NCBI GenBank assembly: GCA_964490745.1
Contig: CAZBDT010000001.1
Coordinates: 1 to 63,337, forward strand
DNA: 63,337 nucleotides
Reading direction: 5' to 3'
Source of the DNA: an uncultured Algimonas sp.
GTDB lineage: Bacteria; Pseudomonadota; Alphaproteobacteria; Caulobacterales; Maricaulaceae
The notes beneath the pieces are model-generated. The model saw only the letters and a list, made by a program, of their open reading frames with translations. It was not told the DNA's origin and searched no databases. Each line of letters opens with the position of its first letter. The stretch's first letter is position 1. Below, piece after piece: positions 39,860 through 50,700 of the stretch. Made by a program: the position numbers and the translations under genes.

Positions 39860-41269
39860 TCATAACCCGCCTAGCTCTCTATACGTTAGAATAGCGAGTC
39901 GAGTTGTTTGGAGTTCATTCTGTGCAAGCCTGTCTTCCGCATTGAGGAGTGTGCGCTGCGCATCTAAGACGTCCAAAAAATCATCGAGACCTTCGTCGAA
40001 CCGAAGTCTAGCCAGCTCAACCGCCTCCCGCGCAGAAAAAACGGCGCGCTCGAGATCGGCGCGGCGTTGGCGCTCATTCACAAAAGCAGATAAAGCGACT
40101 TCTACATCTGACAAGGCCTGCAAAACCGTTTGCGCATAAACGGCGTAAGCGCGCTCCGTTTGCGCATCGGCAATATCAATATCGGCCCGCACGCGGCGCA
40201 AGTCAGGGCCTTCCCAATTGATGACAGGCCCGAGACCAAAACCTACTCCCGAAAACGACCCTAAACGGTCCCCGCCGCCAAAGACAGAGGACAAGTCTAT
40301 GCTAAAGCTAAGGGTCGGGAATAAGCGGGCGCGGTCAACATCTCCCAAAGCTAAGCGTCTGGCGATCTCTGCCTCGGCTGCGCGAATATCTGGACGCCGT
40401 CGAATGAGGTCTGCAGGTGAACCGAGCGCTATAGCAGATATTAATGAAGGAATTGGGCGTACATTCTCTCGCAAGCCTTTTACGACTATATCAGGTTGGC
40501 TGGCAGATCCGCCCGTGAGCACAGCGAGCCGACTGATTGAGCTGTCAATCACAGCCTGGAAGCTCGGAAGCTGTGCAAGTGTCGTCCGATATTGGGCGTC
40601 GGCGCGGTTAACGTCCAAGGCCGTCGCGCGCCCGTTCTCAAAAAGCTCATTAAGCAGATCGAGACTTTGTGCCTGTGTCTGCGCATTGTCACGTGCGACC
40701 TGCAAACGCTTTTGCGCGCCACGCAAATCGGCAAAGGCCAAAGCGGTTTCACTACTGACGATAACGGCAACATCACGCCGTGCCTGCTCTGCGGACTCGA
40801 CGCTGAACTCGGCGGCTTTGATGAGAGATGCGATGCGGTCAAATGCATCAAATTCCCAGCGCGCGCCGAGCCCCCCAGAGGCAGATGTTATCAAGCTCGC
40901 ATTTTGTGCCGGGGGGCGACTTATCCTCGCGCCGATATTGCTGTTTGTACTGTAGCTCTTTTCCAAACGCTGCCTAGCAAGACCCGCTTGTGCAATCTGA
41001 ACATTGGACTGAGCAACATCAAGCTCGCGATTTTGCGTCAAAGACATTTCAATGAGCTGTGTCAGGATGGGATCATTGAACCCGGACCACCACTGGCTCG
41101 ACATTGGCAGACTATTACCTTCAGCATTAAAGAATTGCTTCGGAGCAGATTCGATAGCGTCAGTTTCAGCGGGCCTGACAGGTCGCTCAGGCGCATTTAT
41201 AGACGCACAACCTGCTATGCTTAAAACACTAAGCCCTGCGGCAACGGAAAATGTTAAAAATTTGAGCAA
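39860..41269 (-). CDS. Outer membrane efflux lipoprotein (NodT/OprM family)
   Basis: IAGC lipobox; WWSGFNDP, WEFD, RRPDIRAAE and VLDAQR motifs. Confidence 0.92.
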   Translation of the reverse strand: MLKFLTFSVAAGLSVLSIAGCASINAPERPVRPAETDAIESAPKQFFNAEGNSLPMSSQWWSGFNDPILTQLIEMSLTQNRELDVAQSNVQIAQAGLARQRLEKSYSTNSNIGARISRPPAQNASLITSASGGLGARWEFDAFDRIASLIKAAEFSVESAEQARRDVAVIVSSETALAFADLRGAQKRLQVARDNAQTQAQSLDLLNELFENGRATALDVNRADAQYRTTLAQLPSFQAVIDSSISRLAVLTGGSASQPDIVVKGLRENVRPIPSLISAIALGSPADLIRRRPDIRAAEAEIARRLALGDVDRARLFPTLSFSIDLSSVFGGGDRLGSFSGVGFGLGPVINWEGPDLRRVRADIDIADAQTERAYAVYAQTVLQALSDVEVALSAFVNERQRRADLERAVFSAREAVELARLRFDEGLDDFLDVLDAQRTLLNAEDRLAQNELQTTRLAILTYRELGGL

Positions 41270-41595
41270 TGCATTGTTTCCCTAGTTTTATGCCTACGTT
41301 TCAATGCGCGATATTGTTCCTTCAAAATTGGACATGAACGTCACAAATAGTTGAAGACTGCGAAATGTAACGGACCTAATAGTTTTCTAAAACAATGCGC
41401 AGCGAAAAAGGAGCGATAGATTTTACATCCTTCAATCCTTTTCGTGAGTTGAACAAAGTTCAATTCATATGTGTTAGATGGGTTGTTTCGCAGACTGTTG
41501 AGCAGAAAGGGACAAACTTTTTATCAATCTTGACATAAAAACATATGTAGAGAGTTACGCGAAAACGACGTGTGCACCCAAAACAATCGTGATTG

Positions 41596-42861
41596 TTAGT
41601 TTAATCTCAGCATTGATCGTGGAACCTCAACTTCTTCGAGACGCAGAGCAGCATTTTTTGCATTTCGTAAAACATTAAAATTCCCCGATTTGGTTTTTTT
41701 AAGAAGCTGTAGTTGAATAGACGCAACGGTCTCCATCGTAACGCCTTTCGAAACATGGATATTATTTTCTGCATAGCTTTGCCCAAGCCCCGGTTTTTGG
41801 AAGCATTCCGCTATAGAATTTTCGAGCGCTTTTTGATCCAACGGCGTGAAGTTAAAACCCTTTAGCCCTTCACGCTCAGTCACATCAATGAAATCACCCA
41901 TCATCGGGTAGGCCGCAGGTGTTCCGTAGATTGCAGCCTGATGCAACACGCCGGAGCTTCCCGTTGTACTGTCGTAGTCAAATATTGCGAGTTTGGCCTG
42001 AGTAAAGAATGATGCGACATCTTCTTCTGCTACATAACCGTGGAAGACGATATTTGGATCAGCTTTGTGATCATTTCTTAAAGCGTCTAGATATCCAGGT
42101 GTTGCAGGGTGATCACTTCCCCCAATAACGAGTTTGATTTTATCTGCGTCGTTCCGAGACGCATTTAAGTTTTGGATTGCACCAATTGTTCGTTCAAGTT
42201 TTTTGTACGTTCCAAACTTTCCCATTGTGACGACGGTATTTTCTCGCTCAACCAATTCAGAAATATGAATTTGAGACGCTAATGGAAAAGAACCATGAGG
42301 AACCATAAAGGCATTCTTCGCTTTGTACTTTTCTTTCAATATATTCCAGAAGCTATCCAATGTGACGGTCATAAAACCCGACATCAACATGGCTTTCGTC
42401 ACAAAATAACTTGCCGTACCAACAAGCTTTTGTCGGAATTGGCTTTTTGCGAGATTAGTTTTGCTGAGATCGACAGCCTCCACCAAATTATGCATAATGA
42501 CGCCGGACGGCAGGCCTAATTTTTGAGAAATGGTCGGTGTCAATAAGCCAAGGGCGGCGGGAATTTCGCTATCACCGAAGGAAGCCGTTTGAAGATTGTA
42601 CAAAGCGCCTTCGACCTGAGCTGACTTGAGCGTCCGTATGATGTTGAGGGCTGCGAGCGGATCATTAAACCGCCAGACGCGCTTCACCTCAACCTTAGGA
42701 CCTAAGTTAAGTTCCGGTGCCTCGCCTTTATATTTGTCCGCAATCACGATGATTTTCTCAATGTCCGGGCGGGCTGCGAATGCGTTGACGAGATGAAGTC
42801 CGTACTCATTCAAGGAACCAGTGCTTGGTGGGAAGGCTGTAACAATAGCGAGAGTTTTCAT
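41596..42861 (-). CDS. Glycosyltransferase, GT4 (GT-B fold)
   Basis: AFPPSTGSLNEYG, VPHG, GKFGTYK, FHGYV and SSGVLHQA motifs. Confidence 0.85.
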   Translation of the reverse strand: MKTLAIVTAFPPSTGSLNEYGLHLVNAFAARPDIEKIIVIADKYKGEAPELNLGPKVEVKRVWRFNDPLAALNIIRTLKSAQVEGALYNLQTASFGDSEIPAALGLLTPTISQKLGLPSGVIMHNLVEAVDLSKTNLAKSQFRQKLVGTASYFVTKAMLMSGFMTVTLDSFWNILKEKYKAKNAFMVPHGSFPLASQIHISELVERENTVVTMGKFGTYKKLERTIGAIQNLNASRNDADKIKLVIGGSDHPATPGYLDALRNDHKADPNIVFHGYVAEEDVASFFTQAKLAIFDYDSTTGSSGVLHQAAIYGTPAAYPMMGDFIDVTEREGLKGFNFTPLDQKALENSIAECFQKPGLGQSYAENNIHVSKGVTMETVASIQLQLLKKTKSGNFNVLRNAKNAALRLEEVEVPRSMLRLN

Positions 42862-42875
42862 GGTAGTTTCCTAAT

Positions 42876-44393
42876 CTATTTTTTATGAGTTGATTGAAGA
42901 GCGACGGATGTTGCATGTGATTGAAACACGAATTTTGACGGGCGAGATGAGCCATCAGGGCGCAGGAGGCCAAAGTGTCTTTGTTGGGCTTTACGCCATG
43001 GCCGCCTCCCCACAACCTCACTGCCCACATGATCAAAGTCATTTAACGTCCAGACAAATACGCCCTGCGCCGCGGTTGACTGTGCTAACTGGCTTTTTAA
43101 ACGCGAGGCTTGCTTGGCTTCTGCTGATCGCGTTGAACGAAATGGAGACCAGATCGTTGATCCTATTTCGGTAATCATGACAGGTTTTCGGCCAACTTCA
43201 GATTTTATGACATTTAAACGTTCAGCAAGGCCATTTACCTTTCCGTACTCATGATACGTTATGAAATCGACGACGTCTTCTAAACCCAATGCTGCTTCTG
43301 GATTTGACCAGCCAATCGTTACCGGAATGTCTGGATATTGAATTTGAATATGACGCACCATGACTGTCAGCCAAGCTTTGACGACATCTTCTCCCCATGT
43401 CGAAAAATCGAGATCAGCCTGGTTTTTAAGGTCGACGCCTAAGATAGCCGGATGACCAGATATGTCTGCAAGCACGCGATCAATATGATCCACGTCGCGT
43501 GTTATATTTGATAAAGTGTAATCCGGGCGAAGATCAAATAGCGTTACAAGCACTTGAATATCTAGCGTGGAACAAAGATCTAAAAATACGCGAAGCTTAG
43601 CTTGGGCTTCCTCTTTCGTAAAACTATCGTCAAAATAGTCGTGGTTAAGAAATATACGGACAGAGTTAGCGCCCATATTATTTATGTTTTCGAGATCAGA
43701 CTGAATCTCTTCAATAGGGAAATCTATCCAAAACTCTTTCCAAGAGGCGGAAGCAGGATAATAATTTACGCCAATGAAGTGGGTCGAAAGTTTAGTCTCA
43801 AATTTGCCATTTCGATCCTTGAAGTCTAAAACTGTTTCATCGAGGACTTCTGACGTTTTCTGAACCCATCCATTTTGCGTTTGATAGAACCTAAATAATC
43901 GTGTCTCATTAGCTATTTCGTCAACAGATAAAGTTTCGGATTTAGGATCAGACTTCAGTGTAACGCGCAAACTTGTCTCTTCCACATTTGCGATCCGTAA
44001 ATCTTTATTTGTGTGTAGTTCACGAAATTCCCGTTTTAATCGAAACGGGACTTTGCAAGGCTCTTTTGATAACCGACAGTCTGCCGCCTGTGCTGCTTCC
44101 AACGCCTGCCCCGTGACGACAATGTCTGAAGTCTGCGCCCAGCTGGATTTCCCAACATCCATAACGATTGTTGTGAGTTTCTCACGCGCCTGAATAGGAA
44201 GAATAAACGCCTCACCCACCCAACTTTGGTCTGGTAGTGAAGCGGGTGAGTTTAAATGCTCATGTAAATAATCATTCGACCTAATTGGTGTTTCTAGAAT
44301 GCTGGATATAAAACCTGCAAATACAATGCCTGAGAGTAGCATGCCTATCGCGAACGGCACCCGCTTGCTTGAATGTGCCAATAAAAGAGTCAT
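42876..44393 (-). CDS. Membrane-anchored clan GH-A (GH5/GH2-like TIM barrel) protein with Gln at the acid/base position
   Basis: Start at ATG 44393 (ATGA overlap with upstream stop; RBS GGAGAGG). N-terminal TM; GVNYYP, GANSVRIF, LVTLFD, DLKNQ, ITYHEY, PVMITEIG, WTL.DF and HFGL motifs. Confidence 0.8.
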   Translation of the reverse strand: MTLLLAHSSKRVPFAIGMLLSGIVFAGFISSILETPIRSNDYLHEHLNSPASLPDQSWVGEAFILPIQAREKLTTIVMDVGKSSWAQTSDIVVTGQALEAAQAADCRLSKEPCKVPFRLKREFRELHTNKDLRIANVEETSLRVTLKSDPKSETLSVDEIANETRLFRFYQTQNGWVQKTSEVLDETVLDFKDRNGKFETKLSTHFIGVNYYPASASWKEFWIDFPIEEIQSDLENINNMGANSVRIFLNHDYFDDSFTKEEAQAKLRVFLDLCSTLDIQVLVTLFDLRPDYTLSNITRDVDHIDRVLADISGHPAILGVDLKNQADLDFSTWGEDVVKAWLTVMVRHIQIQYPDIPVTIGWSNPEAALGLEDVVDFITYHEYGKVNGLAERLNVIKSEVGRKPVMITEIGSTIWSPFRSTRSAEAKQASRLKSQLAQSTAAQGVFVWTLNDFDHVGSEVVGRRPWRKAQQRHFGLLRPDGSSRPSKFVFQSHATSVALQSTHKK

Positions 44394-45073
44394 GCTGCCT
44401 CTCCTCGCCCAGCGCAAAATTCTGAAAGTTCAGTAGAAAAAACTTCAACATTTTTAAGGACAGCCCTGATTCTTAACGGAACCGTATAGGCACTCGGACA
44501 AATACTCACATGGGCTAATCGACCGTTTGAAAGATGCGTGAATTCTGATTGCTTCACCCCAGTTTGGTCGAACCAATCGAGAGCGATCAGTGTTTGGTCA
44601 GTTAACGGGTTCCCGAACGCATCGCGTATGACAGCAGAGGTGAGGTCTACGACATTAGCATCTCTGGACGGCTCAACATCAAATTCAAATGAAATTGGGG
44701 CGGCCGCTACGACCATAACAGATGATGGGTTCGAAACCAAATTACCCGAAATAGCATTGAACGTCATTCTACCCGCTCTGTGTTGCGCGGGAACATCAAA
44801 TGACACTAACCCTTGCAGTACTTTTCCGGAGAGTGAAACAAACTCGCTATCGGACATGTAAGTCAGCTCCACTGTTTCATCATGTGAGCTTCCCCCCAAA
44901 AGATTTGTCTTTTCGATTGTCACAGAGATGGTCTGACCAGGCGTAACAGACTGAGGCCCCGCATAGACTTGTATTTTGCCAAACGGTTCCTGCCCCTGCG
45001 CCGCCGTAGCGGAAAAGCTGGCACCCATAATGAGTGATAGAAGGGATAGAGAAAATTTTATACGTTTCGTCAT
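44390..45073 (-). CDS. Exported protein with Ig-like (invasin/Big-type) motif
   Basis: Start placed at ATG 45073; signal peptide ending ATAAQG; DAFGNPLTDQT resembles the D..GN...DGT motif of bacterial Ig-like domains. Confidence 0.6.
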   Translation of the reverse strand: MTKRIKFSLSLLSLIMGASFSATAAQGQEPFGKIQVYAGPQSVTPGQTISVTIEKTNLLGGSSHDETVELTYMSDSEFVSLSGKVLQGLVSFDVPAQHRAGRMTFNAISGNLVSNPSSVMVVAAAPISFEFDVEPSRDANVVDLTSAVIRDAFGNPLTDQTLIALDWFDQTGVKQSEFTHLSNGRLAHVSICPSAYTVPLRIRAVLKNVEVFSTELSEFCAGRGEAA

Positions 45074-45106
45074 AAGCCTTTTCTTTGCGAAGTTGCCTAT
45101 GACAGG

Positions 45107-45124
45107 TTGCAATGGATGTGCCGC
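45107..45124 (-). promoter_or_regulatory. Sigma-54 promoter for the Ig-like/GH-A/GT4 operon
   Basis: - strand reads GCGGCACATCCATTGCAA: GG-N10-GC with GGCAC and TTGCA. Confidence 0.75.
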
Positions 45125-45174
45125 CAAATATGCCTATTTTCAAGGTTCAATTCAGTAAAATTGCAAAATCAGCT

Positions 45175-45187
45175 TTGCGAAATGCGA
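45175..45187. promoter_or_regulatory. LuxO-type enhancer site between the divergent sigma-54 promoters
   Basis: TTGCG-AAA-TGCGA, 11/13 match to TTGCA-W3-TGCAA. Confidence 0.55.
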
Positions 45188-45237
45188 ATGTCTTTTTTGA
45201 TTTGCAAAGAAATCATCCAAAAACAAAGCGAAAATCG

Positions 45238-45254
45238 CGGTCTGGTATTTGCGT
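45238..45254 (+). promoter_or_regulatory. Sigma-54 promoter for the GT2-flippase-GT-C operon
   Basis: CGGTCTGGTATTTGCGT: GG at 45239-45240, N10, GC at 45251-45252; 30 bp before ATG 45283. Confidence 0.6.
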
Positions 45255-45282
45255 AGTATTTTCCAAACAATTGGAGACTAAT

Positions 45283-46455
45283 ATGACCAAACAAAAAATC
45301 AGATCGTCAGAATCTTACCCAGAAAAGCCGGCTTTAAAGCCCGCGACTTGGAAGCATGATAGAACATCAATTATCATTCCCTGCTATAATGAAGCCAATA
45401 GATTGCATCTGGAAGTATTCCTAAGTTTCGCCCGTAAAAATCCGAAAATATCCTTTGTATTTGTAGATGACGGCTCAAAAGATTTTACCATTAATTTGCT
45501 GTGCGGCGCAATGGCGGCCTTACCTGAACAAGTTGATGTTCTTACAATGGCTCGAAATGCGGGGAAGGCAGAGGCCGTTCGTCATGGACTAAAATTCGCT
45601 GCAAAACGTGGGGATAAATATATCGCCTTTTTAGATGCTGATCTGGCAACCCCGCTCAACGCAATTAATGACTTCATCTCGGTTGCTGACCGTTTAGATA
45701 ATATTGATGTGGTTTTCGGATCCCGCGCTGGCGGTCTGGGCCGCCGTGTTTACAGAGACCTACATCGTAAACTTATCTCGCTAGTTTGTGCATCGATGGG
45801 CAGATTGGCGACAGGTCTAGCTTTAAAAGATACGCAATGCGGAGCGAAATTATTCCGCAATACCGAGCACCTTATCAATTGCCTTGAGGTACCTTTCACC
45901 GCTGGCTGGTTATTTGATGTGGAACTCTTTCTAAGGATTTCTAATCCGGATAAACGTGAGCGGAAAAATTTCTTTGAATACCCGGTTCTAGAATGGACCG
46001 AAATTCCAGGATCTAACATCAAGATTTCAGATGTCATTAAGGGCGGCTTAAAAATGATGTCGCTTATATTTAGCCAATGGAAAATTAGAGCTCGATTTAA
46101 AAATAGACGTATCTTGCATGCACCTTTGTCGACCCAGCGCCTTCGGTCTGGAGAAGTTATAAGCGCACAAAGCATTCGTGCGATGGAAGCCATAGTCTCC
46201 GATGAAAAAGATCATATCAGTTTAGATTTTTCCAATGTCAAAACATTGGGACCATCTGTTTTTACAACGCTTACAGAGGTTTGTGAAAGCCTTTCAGCGC
46301 AAGGTAAGGAGGTCTCCATTTTTCTTCCCGATGACGCAGATATCTTATCGGCAGCGAGACGTTCCTCAATCACTGCACTCTTTAACTGCACAATTCAGAC
46401 ACGTCTTCCGAGCCATTTCATGACAAACTCCCGTTTCTCGTTCTCGGAGGCTTAA
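45283..46455 (+). CDS. GT2 polyprenyl-phosphate glycosyltransferase (Dol-P-Glc/DPM synthase-like) with C-terminal STAS-like domain
   Basis: Start placed at ATG 45283 (RBS GGAG). IIIPCYNEANRL, FVDDGS, GKAEAV, FLDADLATP, DTQCGAKLF and WLFDVE motifs; C-terminal ISLDFSNVKTLGPS...GKEVSIF. Confidence 0.85.
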   Translation: MTKQKIRSSESYPEKPALKPATWKHDRTSIIIPCYNEANRLHLEVFLSFARKNPKISFVFVDDGSKDFTINLLCGAMAALPEQVDVLTMARNAGKAEAVRHGLKFAAKRGDKYIAFLDADLATPLNAINDFISVADRLDNIDVVFGSRAGGLGRRVYRDLHRKLISLVCASMGRLATGLALKDTQCGAKLFRNTEHLINCLEVPFTAGWLFDVELFLRISNPDKRERKNFFEYPVLEWTEIPGSNIKISDVIKGGLKMMSLIFSQWKIRARFKNRRILHAPLSTQRLRSGEVISAQSIRAMEAIVSDEKDHISLDFSNVKTLGPSVFTTLTEVCESLSAQGKEVSIFLPDDADILSAARRSSITALFNCTIQTRLPSHFMTNSRFSFSEA

Positions 46456-46456
46456 A

Positions 46457-47746
46457 GTGTCACGATCTCTCACACTTTCTTTCCGGTCTATCCGCGCAAA
46501 CGCATTCATCGGGCCTGCTGCGGCATTATTCATTTCCGCAAATATCGCAAACGCTGCCAACCTTGTTTTTAATATGGTGTTTGCCCGAATTATGGGGCCG
46601 GCAGCCTTTGCCGATCTCACACTTTTGCTCACGCTAAAACTCGGTATATTGTCGTTCCTTGGTGCGCTACAATTTGCCTTTGCAGAATTGACTGCAAAGG
46701 AAAGTATGGTCTCCCAAAGTCGCTGGCGTGCGAAAGCGATATCTTGGAGCAGTCTAAAATTTTCGGTCCCGATAATGTTCATTATCTTCGCATTGGCGAA
46801 TTACATTTCCGGCATCTTCAAATTCTCTTCACCAATGGCACTTTGTGTATTAGCCTTAGCCATTCCATTCTTTTTACCCATGGTGATTTATAGAGGCCTG
46901 ACCCAAGGATTAATTGATCTACCAAAGATCATTCTTTCTATCCAGGCTGAATGGCTTATTCGACTTTTTGGAAGTCTGTTACTTTGGAAAATGGGATTTG
47001 GTTTGCCTGGCATTGCTGCAGCAGTCGGACTCTCCATCTTGGCAGGGTTATTCTTCTCAACACGTAAAGACGATTTCATATCTACAACTCTTCACGAAGC
47101 CCCTCTCTTGGATAGTAAAGCAAAGGCTCTAGGCCTCGTAGCCATGCCATATTTAATATTGCAAATGGCTCAGGTCTTGGTCTTGGATAGCGACATACTT
47201 ATCGCAAAGGCTAGTTTTTCATCTGAGACTGCGGGTCTGGTGGCGGGCTTACTTCTTATTCAACGTGTCTTCTTTTTCGCCTTCTTGTCCTGCTCAACGA
47301 TTCTACAGCCTTTTGTCGCTCAACAAAATGAGGATCAAAAAACACCCAGAGAATTGCTGATACTCTTGGGAGCAATTGCGTCAATAACCGCGGGCGCAAT
47401 GATTGTTGTTCTTCCTTATTCTGATTTGGTTGTACACATTATGTTAGGCGAAAAATATTTGGCCCTTTCGGCAATCGTTTGGATCAGCGCGCTCACGGGG
47501 GCGGTGTTTATCGGCAGCCATCTATGCGCAATCTATCAAATTGCCAAAGGCAAGAGTTTTTCCGCACTGGTTGTTCTATGTTTTGGTATTATTCAATTTA
47601 CTTTGCTCTCTTCAGTTAATCACTTCTTTCCTGAAATCGGGTTACACACCTATTTCTGCTTGAAATTACTTATTCAAATTGCATGTGCGGCAACATTGAT
47701 AGGGATTATTCTGATGCCAGCAAAAAAAGACCACCTCGTCTCATAA
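46457..47746 (+). CDS. Oligosaccharide flippase-like (MATE/Wzx superfamily) membrane protein
   Basis: About 12 TM segments; NAANLVFNMVFARIMGPAAF, YRGLTQG and DSDILIAKASFS...AG motifs. Confidence 0.75.
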   Translation: MSRSLTLSFRSIRANAFIGPAAALFISANIANAANLVFNMVFARIMGPAAFADLTLLLTLKLGILSFLGALQFAFAELTAKESMVSQSRWRAKAISWSSLKFSVPIMFIIFALANYISGIFKFSSPMALCVLALAIPFFLPMVIYRGLTQGLIDLPKIILSIQAEWLIRLFGSLLLWKMGFGLPGIAAAVGLSILAGLFFSTRKDDFISTTLHEAPLLDSKAKALGLVAMPYLILQMAQVLVLDSDILIAKASFSSETAGLVAGLLLIQRVFFFAFLSCSTILQPFVAQQNEDQKTPRELLILLGAIASITAGAMIVVLPYSDLVVHIMLGEKYLALSAIVWISALTGAVFIGSHLCAIYQIAKGKSFSALVVLCFGIIQFTLLSSVNHFFPEIGLHTYFCLKLLIQIACAATLIGIILMPAKKDHLVS

Positions 47747-47747
47747 C

Positions 47748-50700
47748 ATGACGGCAAGGTCGTGGACATATCTAGCGATCTTATTGGCTCTCATGTTTCA
47801 TGGGGCGCTCTTGCCGTTCACCTATGGGCAGACCTATGACTCTTACATCCATATGTTTTTCGGGAATCATTATCTGACATCCTGGTTCGATCCTTGGGAA
47901 ACACGGTGGTATACGGGTTTTACAGTGACCGCCTACCCCCCAGGGAGCCACCAAGCCTTGGGAATCTTGATGCGATTTATGGATATGCGCGTCGCATTTA
48001 TTGTGCTGCAACTCCTGACGATTGGGATTTTGATCATTGGGGTGTTTCGTTTCAGTCGTCTATGGGTGAATGATATGGCGGCATCATATGCAGCGATGCT
48101 CTGCGCATTCTCCACGAGTATTTCGGAAACACTCCACATTTTCGGACAATTACCGACACTGCTTTCGATCTCCTTATTTCTAAATGCAATTCCTCACATA
48201 TCAAATTGGATTGAGTACGGGTTAAAAAGGGACTTTATCTTAGGCCTTTTTCTCACAGCGGCGACGACCTCGGTTCATCATGTCACACCCTTATTCGGGA
48301 CAGTCTTTTTTGTGGCTCCAATTGGTATTGCCGCACTCTTGGCAAATTTGAAAAGACGTGAATCCTCCAAACCAATAGGTAAATTGGCATATTTGAAATG
48401 GGCATCACCGGCCGTCTTACGCGGAATAATCATGGGTATAGGGATGCTGTTTTTAATTATTACAATTGTCTTCCCCTATTGGCACTGGTCTATCACTGAT
48501 CCAATCACACAGGTTAGTATCCCGCATGGAAGTCGTGAGAATTTTATCGCGAAACCCAATTTGGGATTAATGTTTTTTGTAATCCCATGGGGTCTGTTGA
48601 TCGCAGTCATTCCATATGTCTTTTTTAAGTCAATGCGCACAACACTTTGGCCATTGGGCTTGTCTGTTTTAATTGCACTTTTCTTGGGAACGGGAGGCAC
48701 GACACCTTTACCCCGTATTCTGCTTGGACCCGCATTTGAAATCCTGACATTGGACAGGTTTACCTTCTGGGCCTCAATCTTGATTTTGCCTTTTGCAGGA
48801 TTGGCCGTTGAGAGTCTTTGGGACGGGCGAGGAAAAATCCTAATTAATCGCGCCTTTGGATCTTTCCTAAGTCGCGCATTTCTCGTTTTGATTCTCGTGA
48901 GTTATGTTGGACTTGCTATTGGGACGGCGCTTCTTCCAACGTTCCGACCTACTCAACCAGATTTCATTGACCCTGCGCCCATCGTCACATTTATGAATGA
49001 GGATCGACACTCAGATTGGCGCTATCTCACCTTGGGTTTCGGGGATCAATTTGCCTATCATAGCGCGCTTATCAACGCTGAGTCAGTCGACGGCAACTAT
49101 CATTCGGCGAGACGTTTGCCGAGTTTGATGAATTATTCAGTCGAGCGTCTGGAAAATTCAAAATATATGGGTGTGCCTGGTTTGGCATCTCTCAATCAGT
49201 TTCTGACGAACGCCGAGAAATTTCATTTAAAATATATATTCTCAAATGACGAATTCTATGACCCCGTATTACATTACACCGGATGGAACCAAGTCACCCG
49301 TCTCAATAATGGTATTCGTGTCTGGGAAAAACCTGATATATCTCCTCTGCCTGCAATTCGTCCACGTCGGGATTTACCGCATTACCAGAAACTGATGTGG
49401 GGCATTTTGCCGATTGGATCTTTGATCCTCGGCCTACTAACTTTGATCAGTCTTGCCCTCCGCCAGCAACTGATCTCATCTAAATCAAAGCCATTTCTGC
49501 GAAAAGCGTCTTCGACATATCTGACAATCCAAGTGCCTAAGCCTGGGCCAACGCTAACGGTAGACATTGTCACGACGCCTGCACCTATGCCGGAGGCTTG
49601 GACGCCTCCGAAAATTATGACTTGGCTCATCAGAGCCCTGCCCGTCGTCGCCGCAACTTTGGCTGCACTTATCATAATTCTCGCAATTCATAATCAACGC
49701 AAACCTTTACAGCCTGAAGCTGTTGTTGAGCGTTACTATCAACATTTAGATTTCCGCGAAACAACACAGGCTTTTTCATTACTCGCAAGTAATCCAGACA
49801 TGGACTATAGCCAATTTCTTAAGCTGCAAAAGCTTACGGGCGGCCTTGTTCCCTCCTTTGGGAAACTTACATCTGTAAGAGCTATAAATGTGGAACGGAC
49901 GACAAATGGACAGGTTCGGGTCAGATCAGAGCTGACATACTTAACGTCTATCGGGATACGCCCCGTAATTGCTGAAATGACATTGCAACAGAACGCCAAC
50001 GGAGTTTGGCAAATCAAATATGAGCCCGCCGACAAAAACTTCATCCCCAATTTGATCATCAACCGCAACGCGCCTCAGTTCCGAGATCTGACTGGACAAA
50101 AATATTTGACTCCAACCGACTCTATTCAGCGGCTCGCTCGGCCTCAAATTGAGCTGATGGCGGCAGAAGTCGTTGAAGAAAACGGCAGGCTATTCGTGAT
50201 TGGCCGCTTAAAAAATCTTTCAGAATTTCCTACCTGTACGAAAGCGCTCGCGCGGGCCGTGGACACGGAGTCAGGGACAGAGTTCAAACAACATGCAGGT
50301 CGTATTGGTGCGCATAGGCTACTTCCTGGAGAAAGTTCGGCTTTTCGAATTGATTTTGAGGGTTACCTCAAAATCCAAGATCAACCTTTCAATTCAGCCT
50401 ACAATCCTGATGAATTTAGCGTAGCTGAATTCAGCAGCCTTCCATCTGATGTCAACTTATCTCTTTCTACTACTGTCTGTTCACCACCATATTATAAGTC
50501 AGTCACATTCTCCGATATGCGTGTCTTAGTGAAAGATGACCAGGAGATGCTTTCTGTCACCGTGACGAATGCCGGCACTGAAATTGTGAGCACATTGCAG
50601 CTTAAGCTTTCATATATCGACACTGAGGACCGTCCCCTTTGGGTCGAGCCATATTATCTACAAAATAACTTAATCCCGGGCGAAGTCCGTACCCTTCAGA

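Noticed and set aside
35508-41269. RND operon as the exporter of the adjacent glycan system
   Set aside because: It is an ordinary complete OMF-MFP-RND set, 326 bp from GT4, and I saw no -24/-12 motif or LuxO box upstream; a link cannot be supported
45112-45282. N-terminal extensions given by the ORF track for GT2 (45112) and the divergent gene (45127)
   Set aside because: They overlap each other and cover the promoter motifs; downstream ATGs at 45283 and 45073 fit the RBS and signal peptide better
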